Of a DNA stretch of 64,000 nucleotides, positions 40,127-50,924 are shown piece after piece; positions within the stretch are counted from its first letter, which is position 1; each line of letters starts with the position of its first letter. Position numbers and translations under genes: made by a program. Location of the stretch: positions 1,799 through 65,798 of the IMG/VR virus record IMGVR_UViG_2924810865_000002. One strand, written 5' to 3'. Under the pieces are notes generated by a model. It searched no databases, was not told the origin of the DNA, and saw only the letters and a list, made by a program, of their open reading frames with translations. Origin of the DNA: a virus. Its lineage: Duplodnaviria; Caudoviricetes.

Positions 40127-41524
40127 TCAACAATCTTTTTGTTCTTTCGCCTCTTCTTGCACGCGTTGGCGGAAACATCCTGCGGCGAAGTGATAGAACG
40201 GTTTCGGGCAGAAATAACGAGAGACCATTGAAGCAATGAGGCTACCGACCAGCACCCAAAATAATACAGGCTGACTTCCTGTCATTTCCATCACAACGAC
40301 ACTGGCGGTAATTGGGGATTGCGTTCCGCCTGCAAGAAAAGCAGCCATACAGAGCAACACCAACAAACGCTGATCGACAATCCCACCTGTAAGCGTTGCA
40401 ATTTCCGCCCCAATGCCTGCACCAACAGTTAAGGATGGTGTAAAAATCCCGCCTGCAATACCAGTCCAATAGGTTGTTACCGTTGCAAAAAGTTTAGCAA
40501 TTCCAACCGCTTGCGGGTCTATTACCTCTCCATTCAATGCTCGACTCACGACCTCATAGCCCGTACCGTAAGTTTGTCCTGAAGTATAACGCCCTAATCC
40601 TGCAAGAATAAGCCCCAGCATTAACGCCATATAAATAGGATGGCGACGAACCCAACCACGAATTTTAGCAGGCGAAACGCCTGCCACGCCTTTTGCCAAC
40701 AAGCGGGCAAATAATCCCCCTATAATGCCACAAATCACTCCGCACAATGCAACCCATAAAATCATTTTAGGCACAGTTGTAGCCCCTTGATATTGCGGGA
40801 AATAGGGATTATTGCCTTCAATCGCCACCAAAATAAAACCTGAGGCAAGCACGCCAAGTACAACACGTCTTCCCCAACGGAGCACCATTCCTCGACCTAA
40901 TTCTTCAATCGCAAAAATCACACCTGCAAGCGGTGCATTAAATGCTGCCGCTAAACCACCGCCTGCCCCTGCTGCCATCAGTTCGTTTGCCGTTAAACCT
41001 TTAAACGCATAGCCATGCTTATGACAAAAATTTCCCCAAGCTAACATGACAGCAGCCCCTACTTGCACTGAAGGACCTTCACGCCCTACCGATGCACCAA
41101 TTAACATTGCCAAAAAAGTGAGTGGAATTTTCCAAATCGTCTGCCAAAAAGTCACCAAGCGGCTTTTAAGCGAACCGTGCGGCAGGCTCATTGAGGCAAT
41201 CACTTGCGGAATACCACTGCCCGATACATAAGGTGTATATTTTGCGGTAAACCACGCGAGTAACGCCATTCCAAGCGGTAAAATAAACCAAACCGCTAGC
41301 GGATATTTTGCTGTCCAAATGCTATTCCAATGCAAACCAAGTTCGGCTAATTTGGCAAAACCCAATGCCGAAAGCGAAACAAAACTCGCTCCGATAAGCA
41401 GACAAGCAAATTCAATGCTTTTACGTGAAATGCGATTCGTTTGGCGAAGTTTTTTGTGTAACCCTCGCCGAAATTTTGTGATAAAGGATTTTAGATACTG
41501 GGTTATCATATTCGTGACTACCAT
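40127..41524 (-). CDS. CLC-family chloride channel / antiporter
   Basis: GSGIP, GREGP and GIFTP signature motifs. Confidence 0.93.
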   Translation of the reverse strand: MVVTNMITQYLKSFITKFRRGLHKKLRQTNRISRKSIEFACLLIGASFVSLSALGFAKLAELGLHWNSIWTAKYPLAVWFILPLGMALLAWFTAKYTPYVSGSGIPQVIASMSLPHGSLKSRLVTFWQTIWKIPLTFLAMLIGASVGREGPSVQVGAAVMLAWGNFCHKHGYAFKGLTANELMAAGAGGGLAAAFNAPLAGVIFAIEELGRGMVLRWGRRVVLGVLASGFILVAIEGNNPYFPQYQGATTVPKMILWVALCGVICGIIGGLFARLLAKGVAGVSPAKIRGWVRRHPIYMALMLGLILAGLGRYTSGQTYGTGYEVVSRALNGEVIDPQAVGIAKLFATVTTYWTGIAGGIFTPSLTVGAGIGAEIATLTGGIVDQRLLVLLCMAAFLAGGTQSPITASVVVMEMTGSQPVLFWVLVGSLIASMVSRYFCPKPFYHFAAGCFRQRVQEEAKEQKDC

Positions 41525-41702
41525 AACGAGAAGAATTTAGGCTTTAGCATAAAACGAATAGCAAAATTTTCTAGTTAATTCGATCAAATTTCTAGCATTT
41601 TTGTAAGAAAATGTAAAAAATCCCCCATTCATTGCGGAATTTCTTGTAAAATAAGCAACGATTTTTTATTAAAAATTGATCAAAATAATTTTGAGGTATT
41701 CA

Positions 41703-43106
41703 ATGTCTAAATTTCCATCAATTTCAGAAATTCTTTCAGGCAAAGTTGCCGTAGGAGAAGAAGTTTCTGTGCGCGGTTGGGTGCGTACCCGTCGCGATTC
41801 AAAAGCAGGTTTATCATTCTTAGCCGTATATGACGGTTCTTGTTTCGATCCAATCCAAGCAATCATCAATAACGATTTACCAAATTATCAAGATGAAGTG
41901 TTACGCTTAACTGCAGGTTGTTCTGTGATTGTGACTGGTAAAATCGTAGAATCACCTGCAGAAGGTCAAGCGGTTGAATTACAAGCTACCAATGTTGAAG
42001 TGGTGGGATGGGTAGAAGATCCAGATACTTACCCAATGGCAGCAAAACGCCACTCTATTGAATATTTACGCGAAGTGGCTCATCTTCGCCCACGCACAAA
42101 CTTAATCGGTGCAGTGGCACGTGTTCGTCACTGCTTGGCACAAGCGATTCACCGCTTCTTCCACGAACAAGGTTTCTACTGGGTGGCAACCCCGTTAATT
42201 ACGGCATCTGATACAGAAGGTGCAGGTGAAATGTTCCGCGTTTCAACCCTTGATTTAGAAAACCTACCACGTACAGAAGAAGGCAAAGTAGATTTTAGCC
42301 AAGATTTCTTCGGTAAAGAGTCTTTCTTAACCGTATCAGGTCAGTTAAATGGTGAAACTTATGCATGTGCATTGAGCAAAGTTTATACCTTCGGACCTAC
42401 ATTCCGTGCTGAAAACTCAAACACAACCCGCCACTTAGCGGAATTCTGGATGGTTGAACCTGAATTTGCATTCGCTACTTTAGCGGACAACGCAAAATTA
42501 GCAGAAGATATGTTGAAATATGTGTTCAAAGCGGTATTAGCAGAACGTCCTGACGATATGGCATTCTTCGCAAAACATATCGACAAAGAGGTGATTACCC
42601 GCCTTGAGAACTTCATCGCTTCGCCATTTGCGCAAGTAGATTACACAGATGCAATTGAGATCTTATTAAAATCAGGCAAAGAGTTTGAATTCCCAGTTTC
42701 TTGGGGTATCGATCTCTCTTCTGAACACGAACGTTTCTTGGCAGAAGAATACTTTAAATCCCCAGTGGTGGTGAAAAACTATCCGAAAGATATCAAAGCG
42801 TTCTATATGCGTTTAAATGATGATGGCAAAACTGTGGCAGCAATGGACGTATTAGCACCAGGAATTGGTGAAATCATCGGTGGTTCACAACGTGAAGAGC
42901 GTTTAGACGTGTTAGATAAACGTATGGTTGAAATGGGCTTAAACCCTGAAGACTACTGGTGGTATCGCGATCTTCGCAAATACGGTACCGTGCCACACGC
43001 TGGCTTTGGTTTAGGTTTCGAGCGTTTAATCGTGTATGTAACGGGTTTACAAAACATTCGTGAAGTAATCCCATTCCCACGTGCTCCGCGTAATGCGAAC
43101 TTCTAA
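41703..43106 (+). CDS. asnS: Asparagine--tRNA ligase
   Basis: [14 protein letters not shown]...[21 protein letters not shown]...GFGLGFERL. Confidence 0.99.
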   Translation: MSKFPSISEILSGKVAVGEEVSVRGWVRTRRDSKAGLSFLAVYDGSCFDPIQAIINNDLPNYQDEVLRLTAGCSVIVTGKIVESPAEGQAVELQATNVEVVGWVEDPDTYPMAAKRHSIEYLREVAHLRPRTNLIGAVARVRHCLAQAIHRFFHEQGFYWVATPLITASDTEGAGEMFRVSTLDLENLPRTEEGKVDFSQDFFGKESFLTVSGQLNGETYACALSKVYTFGPTFRAENSNTTRHLAEFWMVEPEFAFATLADNAKLAEDMLKYVFKAVLAERPDDMAFFAKHIDKEVITRLENFIASPFAQVDYTDAIEILLKSGKEFEFPVSWGIDLSSEHERFLAEEYFKSPVVVKNYPKDIKAFYMRLNDDGKTVAAMDVLAPGIGEIIGGSQREERLDVLDKRMVEMGLNPEDYWWYRDLRKYGTVPHAGFGLGFERLIVYVTGLQNIREVIPFPRAPRNANF

Positions 43107-43162
43107 TTTTGCTTATTAACAAGCGATAAAGAATCCCATTTAAAAAGGAAACGGCGGAAATT

Positions 43163-43870
43163 TAATCTGCTCCCAAAAGTTAGACTTATTTAGTTCAAGG
43201 ACTGAGTTCTGCATTCACAGGGCTCTGTCCTTTTAGTTTTCCCTGAATGCACTTATGGTTGTAATAATGAATGTACTCGTGGATTGTTTTTTCCAGTTGT
43301 TCTAATGTCTCAAATCATTTACCGTAATAACATTCCGTTAATCGTCCAAAGCAGCGTTCCATCGCACTGTTATCTAAACAATTTCCCTTCCTTGACATAC
43401 TCTGTTGAATACCATTCTCCATGAGTATGTTTTGATAGCCTATCATCTGATACTACCAACCTTGGTCGGAATGTAAAGGGTTGTCGATTTTTCATTATGG
43501 TTGTGTTGCCGTAAAATTGCGTTGTAATAGATTATCCACTTTTAGGTTTAGGGTATTTCGGTTTCATGGTTGGGCGACCTTTAGCTTTGGGCAATAAACC
43601 GTTTATACCTTGTTTTTCAAAGACTTGCAACCATCGGTTAATCACACTTGAATTGGTAATGCCAAAGTATAAATAGGCAGTTCTGCAGAAAATTGCCTAT
43701 TTTTAACCGCTTGTATCACGTTAAGTTTAAATTAAGGTGAATAAGTGAACGATTCTTACTATTTTGAAGATAAAACTCAATGACTTGTTGTTTGAAAAGA
43801 AACTTGTATTTGTCCATAAAAAATCTGCACCTTAGTTAATTATTTAGTCCAACTTTTGGGGTGCAGATCA
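43163..43870 (-). mobile_element. Internally deleted IS3-family element
   Basis: Imperfect terminal inverted repeats TAATCTGCTCCCAAAAGTTAGACT / TGATCTGCACCCCAAAAGTTGGACT; degenerate OrfA from 43817 and integrase-core fragments; no target duplication. Confidence 0.8.
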
Positions 43871-44015
43871 TTTTTAAATCCTGTTAGTCTTACAAATAGA
43901 AAAATCACTTAAAATACTTACCATAATACCAAATTTATGAGATGAAATGATAGAGCTTGATAGGGATTGAGAGAATTAAAACAACTAATAGCTTGATTTA
44001 GCTAAATAAAAACCC

Positions 44016-44534
44016 TCATTTGAGAGGGTTTGATATGGTCCGAAATAAATATATGGTGCGTTCCACCCGTTCCAGCCCGATTTTCTCAATCAGCCCCAAA
44101 CGATACTCTAAAATGTTACCGCTTAGGTGCGAGTTACAGGCAGAACATTGCTTGTGGACGTTATCCTCATTAAACCGCAATTCAGGACAAGCCCCCACAC
44201 TACGATAATGCCCTGCGTGCCATTGCCCTTGATGATAGCGACCGCACGAAATGCACGGCAAATCTTTATCTCGTAGCCGAATAAACTCATTAAACGCCTT
44301 TTGAGCTTCCTTCAGCCAATCAGAGCGACTTTTCAACGCCTCTTTTCTCGCTCGCATTCTTCGCCCTGCTTCCAAGCGGTCTGATTTCTCTTGCTTTTTG
44401 CGTTTTTCTTCCGCTTTCCGCTTGCTGTATGCAATCGCACATTTCATCGAGCAAACCTGCTGAGTGGATTGCGACTTCACATAGTAACCGTCGCATTCTT
44501 TGCACTTGTGCTGTTTTGGAAGTTTATTTCTCAC
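44016..44534 (-). pseudogene. ninG: NinG (Rap) endonuclease, 3'-truncated
   Basis: PCISCGRYHQGQWHAGHYRSVGACPELRFNEDNVHKQCSACN; homology ends at IGLERVE near 44065. Confidence 0.85.
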
Positions 44535-44739
44535 TTTCGTAACCTCTCAAAACATACATCACAATTCCAAGCATACCAAACATACTAGAGATAACTAATG
44601 GAAATATGGTAAGCAAACTAACAAGCAAACCTAGCCAAACATTACTGATTGCCTTACTTACCAAATCCCCAAATAAAAATAGAATGAAAGGTGTAAGCCC
44701 GACTATCGCAATGGCAAAAACCGTTAAAACATCTTTCAT
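44524..44739 (-). CDS. Small two-TM phage protein
   Basis: Hydrophobic ORF packed in the operon. Confidence 0.6.
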   Translation of the reverse strand: MKDVLTVFAIAIVGLTPFILFLFGDLVSKAISNVWLGLLVSLLTIFPLVISSMFGMLGIVMYVLRGYESEK

Positions 44740-44741
44740 TA

Positions 44742-45113
44742 TTATTTCTCCTGATTCTTGTTAATCATACTATCCAATTGCACTTCAATTGCCTTAATTG
44801 ACTTATCAAACAACGCCTGAGCCTTCGGATTTGCTATAATCTCCTGCCCAGCGTAAACGCCCAACATTGCGTAATACGTCTTTTGACTTGGCGTGATTGC
44901 AGTTAAAACGGAAAAAGTTAAAATCAAGCCAACTATTTTTTTGTATTGTGCCTTTAGGTTAACCATAGCAGGATTACCGATTCTGTCCGTACTCCACACT
45001 ACTGCAATAACAACCCAAATTAACAGCACACCAAGTAACCCACTAAGAGCAGATGCGAACATCAGCTTCAGTGTTACAATTACTTCACTAAACCAAACTA
45101 AAAAAACCAACAT
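44742..45113 (-). CDS. Phage membrane protein
   Basis: Two hydrophobic segments then ITPSQKTYYAM. Confidence 0.65.
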   Translation of the reverse strand: MLVFLVWFSEVIVTLKLMFASALSGLLGVLLIWVVIAVVWSTDRIGNPAMVNLKAQYKKIVGLILTFSVLTAITPSQKTYYAMLGVYAGQEIIANPKAQALFDKSIKAIEVQLDSMINKNQEK

Positions 45114-45114
45114 C

Positions 45115-45750
45115 TTAAAACCCCATCAACTGACTAATTTTATTCTCTAACGCCCATTCGTCCTGATAGACATTACAGAGCGTTTCATTCCAAATCACAC
45201 CAAATACACCGCGATAAACCTCATTGAATTGTTCTTGCGGCATATTATCGAACGAGATTGACCAGCGTTCTTTAATCGTGCCACCATCTTGGCTAGGGCG
45301 AACATCGTAGAAGCCAGCCTTTTTCATCGTATGGTTTAAGTAGGCTTCTCGCGTTTTCATCGCCTCATAATCCAGCTTTGCTAACCGCCGCTTTGTAATA
45401 CGTGCAACCAAATCATCTAAAAATTCACGCAACCACGTCTTTAGCGTGCTGGTCGGTAAAACCTTGCAAACGTCCTTGTAAATTTCATCACAGATCCAAA
45501 CTTCCATATCAGATAACACCTGAAATTTTGGCTCCCAGTATTCAAAACCGCATTCCAGCAACGCAAAGAATTTCTTGTGATGTTGGTAATTTCGGTTATT
45601 TCGCATCGGCTCAATTTTCACGGCACAACCAATCGGCAGATTTTTCAGCAGATTGCGATCGTATTCCGTTTCCGCAACCACTACACCGTTTTCACATTTC
45701 ACCGCGTGGATCACCGTTTTGCGTTTAGTTTTAGCTGCCATTCCCACCAA
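45115..45750 (-). CDS. DUF1367 / NinB-like protein
   Basis: RNYQHHKKFFALL...SISFDNMPQEQFNEVYRGVFGVIW. Confidence 0.82.
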   Translation of the reverse strand: MVGMAAKTKRKTVIHAVKCENGVVVAETEYDRNLLKNLPIGCAVKIEPMRNNRNYQHHKKFFALLECGFEYWEPKFQVLSDMEVWICDEIYKDVCKVLPTSTLKTWLREFLDDLVARITKRRLAKLDYEAMKTREAYLNHTMKKAGFYDVRPSQDGGTIKERWSISFDNMPQEQFNEVYRGVFGVIWNETLCNVYQDEWALENKISQLMGF

Positions 45751-46309
45751 CTTTCTTCACAAAATCCAAACTTACCGACCGCTGCACAAAATCTTCCATT
45801 GTTGGATCGAACACCACAATCATCTGTCCTTTACTGTTTCCCTTGATTTCCTTGCCCGTAACAGGGTTAATAAACGCTATGCGACCACCGACAAGATCAA
45901 TCACCTCATTTGCCACACCGTGAACGCATTGCTGATACCACTGCGTAGATTTGTCGTTGTTAAGTAACATCACCACTAAATGCCCTGCATCACGCAAGCG
46001 TTTTGCCTGCTGTAAAAATGGCTTAACGTCGGAGTAAGGGGGATTGACGAAAATGCTATGTGAACCGCTACCCCAATCACTTAAAAACTCTGGTAAACCA
46101 TCGGCTAGAAAATCCGTTGCAACGTTCAAATAATCCCGATCTCCGCCAGATTTCGCACCAATCCAATGCCCGAATTTTTTATTTTGCAAAGTCGCACAGC
46201 CGTCCATACTGCAACGCCAACGTTTACCCACCCACTGGGTTAAGTATTGAGGCGTTTCCCAAGTGTCGTGGTCAAATTGTTGCTCAGTCATCTTCTGTAA
46301 CTCACCCAA
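45731..46309 (-). CDS. Phage N6-adenine methyltransferase (Dam-like), copy 2
   Basis: DTWETPQ...IFVNPPYS intact. Confidence 0.88.
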   Translation of the reverse strand: MGELQKMTEQQFDHDTWETPQYLTQWVGKRWRCSMDGCATLQNKKFGHWIGAKSGGDRDYLNVATDFLADGLPEFLSDWGSGSHSIFVNPPYSDVKPFLQQAKRLRDAGHLVVMLLNNDKSTQWYQQCVHGVANEVIDLVGGRIAFINPVTGKEIKGNSKGQMIVVFDPTMEDFVQRSVSLDFVKKVGGNGS

Positions 46310-47130
46310 TCAAACGCAATCATTGCACCGCCACCTTCTCGCATACGGTCAACAATTCGCTCGCCCACATACGCCCCAAGTTCTTGCTGTGATAGATTGC
46401 TAATTAAAATCGTCGGTTTCATCGCTTCGTAACGCTCGTTAATAATTTCAAACAAAATGATTTTTTCCGCTTCGCTCCCGAACTGCACCCCAATTTCATC
46501 AATCACCAGCAAATTAGGTGCAATGTAGATTCGCATCACTTGCTCTTCGCTCTCTTCCGCGTTTTTGTTCCACGAGGATTTCACTTTACGGGCAATGCGT
46601 AACGCCGTGGTAAGCAAGGCTTCGTCTTGGTATTGTTCGATTACGTGATTGATAATCGCACAAGCTAAATGATTCTTACCCGTACCAGGTTTACCGCATA
46701 AAATCAGCCCACCACCTTTCGCCTTACGCTCTTGCCACTTGTTCGCATAGGCTTGGCAGAATCGTTTTGCTTTGGCGTTTGCCTCCGTCTGCTCGTAGTT
46801 CTCAAAGCTCGCTTGCTCAAAACGTTTTGGCACGCCAGAGTGATATTTCAAATCAGCAATCAAGCCCACTTGCACCCGTGCTTTCCGCTCCGCTTCACGC
46901 TGCTTTAACCGAGCAATCTCGCCTTGCAGACATTGCGGGCAGTCGGTTCTGGTCGTCCGTTCAATCGCATCAAATCGGCGTACCCATTGGCGATAATTAC
47001 CGTGATGTTCACAGCTTGCCACCGATTCCGATGTCACACAGCCGTCCAGCGGTTTGAAACCTTGCAACGCTGCCTGCAAACGGCTCTCAAGGTTTTTAAG
47101 TTCCTCTTGGAATTTTTCTTCATGGTTCAT
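46288..47130 (-). CDS. DnaC/IstB-like replication ATPase
   Basis: CEHHG...CPQC zinc motif, GKPGTGKNHLA, LLVIDEIG, RIVDRMREGGG. Confidence 0.93.
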   Translation of the reverse strand: MNHEEKFQEELKNLESRLQAALQGFKPLDGCVTSESVASCEHHGNYRQWVRRFDAIERTTRTDCPQCLQGEIARLKQREAERKARVQVGLIADLKYHSGVPKRFEQASFENYEQTEANAKAKRFCQAYANKWQERKAKGGGLILCGKPGTGKNHLACAIINHVIEQYQDEALLTTALRIARKVKSSWNKNAEESEEQVMRIYIAPNLLVIDEIGVQFGSEAEKIILFEIINERYEAMKPTILISNLSQQELGAYVGERIVDRMREGGGAMIAFDWVSYRR

Positions 47131-47944
47131 ACCAAGTCCTTAGCCCAATCAGGCATGTCTGTCGTGCCATAATCTCGCTCTGCAAAGCCAACGTGGGCGT
47201 TTGGCTTGGTAGAAGCGGTCGAATGTTGCGGATTTTTTGCAACAACGCCCGAGCTAGGCTGCTCATCACGCCATTGCCAATCTGCCTTAAAGCCTTTCCA
47301 ACCACGCTCAATCGCAATCGTGATCGCCTCACGCAGAGAAATCCCTGCCTTGCCAGCCTCACGCTCAAAGCCTTTTATCGCCGTGTCTGTAATCGGGCAT
47401 TTCAACGCCTTGCGATGTTTTACAAAATCCGTTGCTAGTTCGCCATCAATGCCGAATTTTTCCAAAATCTCAAAATCATCAGATTTTTTCGCCTTCGTGC
47501 GTGTGTGTGCGTTACTACCCGTTAGGGTAGTATTATGATCTTTAGTATTTTTATAATTAGTATTATTATTTGTCGGATTCAAATCCGAGCTTTTTCGGAT
47601 TGAGATCCGAGTTTGCTCGGATTTATTTCCGAGTTAAATTCATTCCACGTTTTGCCTTTTTCGGTTAAACGAATAAGGTCTTTGTCACCGTGTTTTAAAT
47701 ACTCAATCAATTCTTTTTTGCTGAAGTCAACAAAATGGCGATAAACCGTATCAGGTTTGGCGTAAAATAACGGTAATTCTTCGATCACCGCATTGCGAGA
47801 GACCCAGTAATAAACCTTACCTTCAATTACAATCTCTTTCGCCCAGCTTGAAGCCTGATTAAGTAAGTCAAATAATGCACCTTGATTCGCATTTAATTTC
47901 CATTCAAGGCATTTTGCGTTGTTAATGTAAGTACTGAATCTCAT
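47127..47944 (-). pseudogene. Replication initiator split by a 1-nt loss in an A-run
   Basis: 121-aa and 151-aa ORFs rejoin as SEK(S)SDLNPTNNN if the A5 at 47591-47595 is A6. Confidence 0.8.
47573..47632. repeat. Phage origin iterons
   Basis: Three TCGGA-N6-TCCGA palindromes with 22-bp period inside the initiator gene, next to an AT-rich tract. Confidence 0.8.
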
Positions 47945-48687
47945 AGCCCTACCGCCTTATCTTGTGTAAATTCACCGTTCCAATTGGATTTCATTGTTAA
48001 TTTCTGTTGCGTGTACCACTTATAAATTTTGGCTGCCCCTTTTTGCAGCAACACAGGGCGATAAGTGAAAAACGGCTCTTTGCCATGTGGTGAAATAGGC
48101 ACAGGCTCTTCCGTCATATAGCGATCACGTGCGTAAGAAGTCACCCGCCAATCGTTATTGCCATCTTTGTAAAGCCATTTCACCTGCTGTAAATGATCGT
48201 TAATTTTCTGAGAATTCACACCATTCAAGCCTTTCGCAAATTGCGGTGCAGTAATACCATTGCGGAAATAACTTTCCATCGAGGTAATCTGGGTTGATTG
48301 CTGCTGGTTCTTGAGCAACAACGCCTGTTTTTGTTCTTCCAAATCTGCTGCCAAACGCAAGGCTTCCGCAAAAGTCTGCGGTAATTGCACCGCTTGTTTT
48401 GCTTCTAACTCTTGCCAGCGGTCAACAACAGCGGCGGTAAACTCAGGAGATAAGCGAGCGACAACAACAAAAGTATCTCGCTTGTTTAATTCGTAATAAT
48501 CAAACCATTGATTTCTATACTCAAATTTTAGCGGCTCAATTTGAGCGACTAAATTTTGCTCAATTAAATCACGAATAACGCGTAATACGTTTTTATGCTC
48601 TTTATGTGTAAGCTCCGCAATCTCACGACTACTCATCGTTAAACTTGCATTTTTTTCGGTAATCGGTAATAATTCTGTCGTTTTCAT
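47941..48687 (-). CDS. Rha-family regulator / antirepressor
   Basis: TMSSREIAELTHKEHKNVLRVIR...LPQTFAEALRLAADL. Confidence 0.85.
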   Translation of the reverse strand: MKTTELLPITEKNASLTMSSREIAELTHKEHKNVLRVIRDLIEQNLVAQIEPLKFEYRNQWFDYYELNKRDTFVVVARLSPEFTAAVVDRWQELEAKQAVQLPQTFAEALRLAADLEEQKQALLLKNQQQSTQITSMESYFRNGITAPQFAKGLNGVNSQKINDHLQQVKWLYKDGNNDWRVTSYARDRYMTEEPVPISPHGKEPFFTYRPVLLQKGAAKIYKWYTQQKLTMKSNWNGEFTQDKAVGL

Positions 48688-48735
48688 TAAGGATTTATTC
48701 CTGTATAGAGCCCGTGTTACTGCACGGGTTTTCTT

Positions 48736-48954
48736 TTATTTCCCATTTGAATTACGTAACACACCCCAATTCACATCAGGGCGTAGCTCTTCGCAAGTTA
48801 CCTTGCCTTCTGTGATGCGTTCGATTTCTGGACAGCGTTCTGCTGGAACACCTGATTTTCTCCATTTCGCAACTGCCCACGGTCTAATACCGAAATGCTT
48901 TGCTAATCCAGACTGACCGCCAACGAGTTCAAATACTTTTTCTATTGGTTGCAC
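48736..48954 (-). CDS. cro: Cro-like repressor
   Basis: GGQSGLAKHFGI...VPAERCPEIERITEGKVTCEELRPD, divergent from cI. Confidence 0.9.
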   Translation of the reverse strand: MQPIEKVFELVGGQSGLAKHFGIRPWAVAKWRKSGVPAERCPEIERITEGKVTCEELRPDVNWGVLRNSNGK

Positions 48955-48974
48955 AGATCTTTCCTTTGTTTATT

Positions 48975-49052
48975 CTACTTAAAGTAGCGTTTTACTATTT
49001 AAAATAGCATTGTTGCAAGTTTATTTTCGTTTTAAAATTCTACCTAAGGTAG
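48975..49052. promoter_or_regulatory. OR operators (three)
   Basis: CTAC-TTAAA-GTAG (48975), CTAT-TTAAA-ATAG (48995), CTAC-CTAAG-GTAG (49040). Confidence 0.8.
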
Positions 49053-49076
49053 AAACCATAAAAGGGGAATACGAAA

Positions 49077-49967
49077 ATGAGTACAGAAAATACACTTGCT
49101 ACAAGATTAAAAGCAGTGATGGATGAAAAAGGCGTAGGAATTCCAGAACTCAGTAAAGCACTTGGAATCACTTATGAAATGGTGCGTAGATACGTAATGG
49201 GTGTAGCAAAACCTAGAGAGAAAAAGTTAAAACTAATCGCTGATTATCTTGGCGTATCTCCAGCCTGGTTAGAATATGGAGAGGGATCAAGCCTTGCTGT
49301 GGTAAAACCAGAAGTACACCTGCTGGATAACATCAAATTCTTAATGCGTAAAAAAGGCATCTCACTCCCACTTTTGGCAGAGCGAACCGAGATTGAAGAA
49401 AGCCGCTTGTTAGAGCTGCTAAACTCCGACAACGTGGAAAATGAAAAACTCTTTTTAAGCACGCTTGAGCAATTATTTCTCGTGACTGCAGACCGTTTGC
49501 TTTATGACGACCTCAGCCAAAACCCGAAAGGCATGAACTTCCTGAAAATGCGTTCCGTACCCGTGAACCGTGTACCTATTCGCGGCTACGCCCAATTAGG
49601 TGCTGAAGGGCATTGGGTCGATTTAGAATACCCCGTAGGCGAAGGCGATGGCTACATCTGGTGGCCAAGCCGTGATGAAGATGTGTATGCCCTAAAATGC
49701 CAGGGCGATTCGATGACCCCACGCATTAAGCACGGTGAATACGTGATTATTGAACCAAATCACGAAATTAAAAATGGGGATGAAGTGCTTGTCGTTACCG
49801 ATGAAGACCAAGTGATGGTTAAAATCTACGCCTACGAACAAGGCGGTAGACTTACGCTCTATTCCGTGAATGAAAACCACGAGCCGATCAACCTTTACCA
49901 AGAAAATATCCGCAAAATGCACTATATGGCAGGCATTGCAAAAGAAAGCTTGGTGTTGGATTTGTAG
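49077..49967 (+). CDS. cI: CI repressor with S24 peptidase domain and two HTH-like segments
   Basis: N-terminal XRE HTH; VPIRGYAQLG, GDSMTP serine motif, VMVK lysine motif. Confidence 0.92.
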   Translation: MSTENTLATRLKAVMDEKGVGIPELSKALGITYEMVRRYVMGVAKPREKKLKLIADYLGVSPAWLEYGEGSSLAVVKPEVHLLDNIKFLMRKKGISLPLLAERTEIEESRLLELLNSDNVENEKLFLSTLEQLFLVTADRLLYDDLSQNPKGMNFLKMRSVPVNRVPIRGYAQLGAEGHWVDLEYPVGEGDGYIWWPSRDEDVYALKCQGDSMTPRIKHGEYVIIEPNHEIKNGDEVLVVTDEDQVMVKIYAYEQGGRLTLYSVNENHEPINLYQENIRKMHYMAGIAKESLVLDL

Positions 49968-50022
49968 CGGTGGAGCATAGGAGTTATTTTTAATAATATC
50001 TTAATTCATTAAGGACATAATT

Positions 50023-50922
50023 ATGAGAAATGAAGCATTAGAAGAACAGTAAAGAAGATATAGAGTCAAGGCTAAAGCTCCTTTTAATAAAAAGGTAACA
50101 CTTTTTAGTTTTGAACTATCTCACACTAACAATAGTAATTTTTCTAAAATTGATTTAATTAAAAAAGAACTAAACACCTCAACAATTTTAACTCTTGAAA
50201 ATTTATCTGGAAAGGTAAGAAAGCTAGAAGAAATAAAATATAAAGATAAAAATTCCTTATATTTATTTATCAGTCTTTATGATAAAATACTAGATGTTTC
50301 AACAACTAATGAGAATGCTAATGATAACATAACTGCTGAAACAGTAAATAATGCAGATCATAAGCATATTTTCTTGAAAGTTACAGAGGAGAACATTTGG
50401 GCATTCTCAACTATATCTGCAGGTTATCTTTATCAAACCTTAGCAAGACTATTCGAAAAAGTTTTGCCTGTCGGTTATATGCTTACTCAAACGATAAACA
50501 AAGATATAGCTCAAATTATTCGAGATGAGAAAGTGGAAAATCTCACCTTAATAACAGGAGTTGATCCTCTTGCACTAGGTTTCCCAAAAAGTTGTTTGAT
50601 AGAGCGATTTTTCGCAAAAACAGAAAAGTCAACATCTCCTTATGCTAGAGTGATATTAGATAGAAAACTACATCTTACAATGATGGAAGCTATTGAATCC
50701 TCTCCAACAGAAGCAATTGAGTGCTTATCTCAGGATCAGGCTACTTTATCAGGAGATATTTACCTTGTTACTAAAACAGGTAGAAAAATCAAAGGTGAAG
50801 ATTTAAAGCTAAATAAAATCTGTTATTTAGAGCCTTTTGGTAAAACAAAAACGGTGTCGTGGTCTGACGCAGTAGATTTGCTTAAAAATATAGAGAAGGA
50901 GCTTTTATACTTTGAGGAGTAA
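50023..50922 (+). pseudogene. AT-rich 299-codon ORF with a single early stop
   Basis: ATG at 50023 with AAGGA RBS is in frame with the 182-aa ORF; only interruption is TAA at codon 10. Confidence 0.7.
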
Positions 50923-50924
50923 TA

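Noticed and set aside
38338-43106. Novelty in the sbcB, CLC channel and asnS block
   Set aside because: Ordinary intact housekeeping genes with normal intergenic regions.
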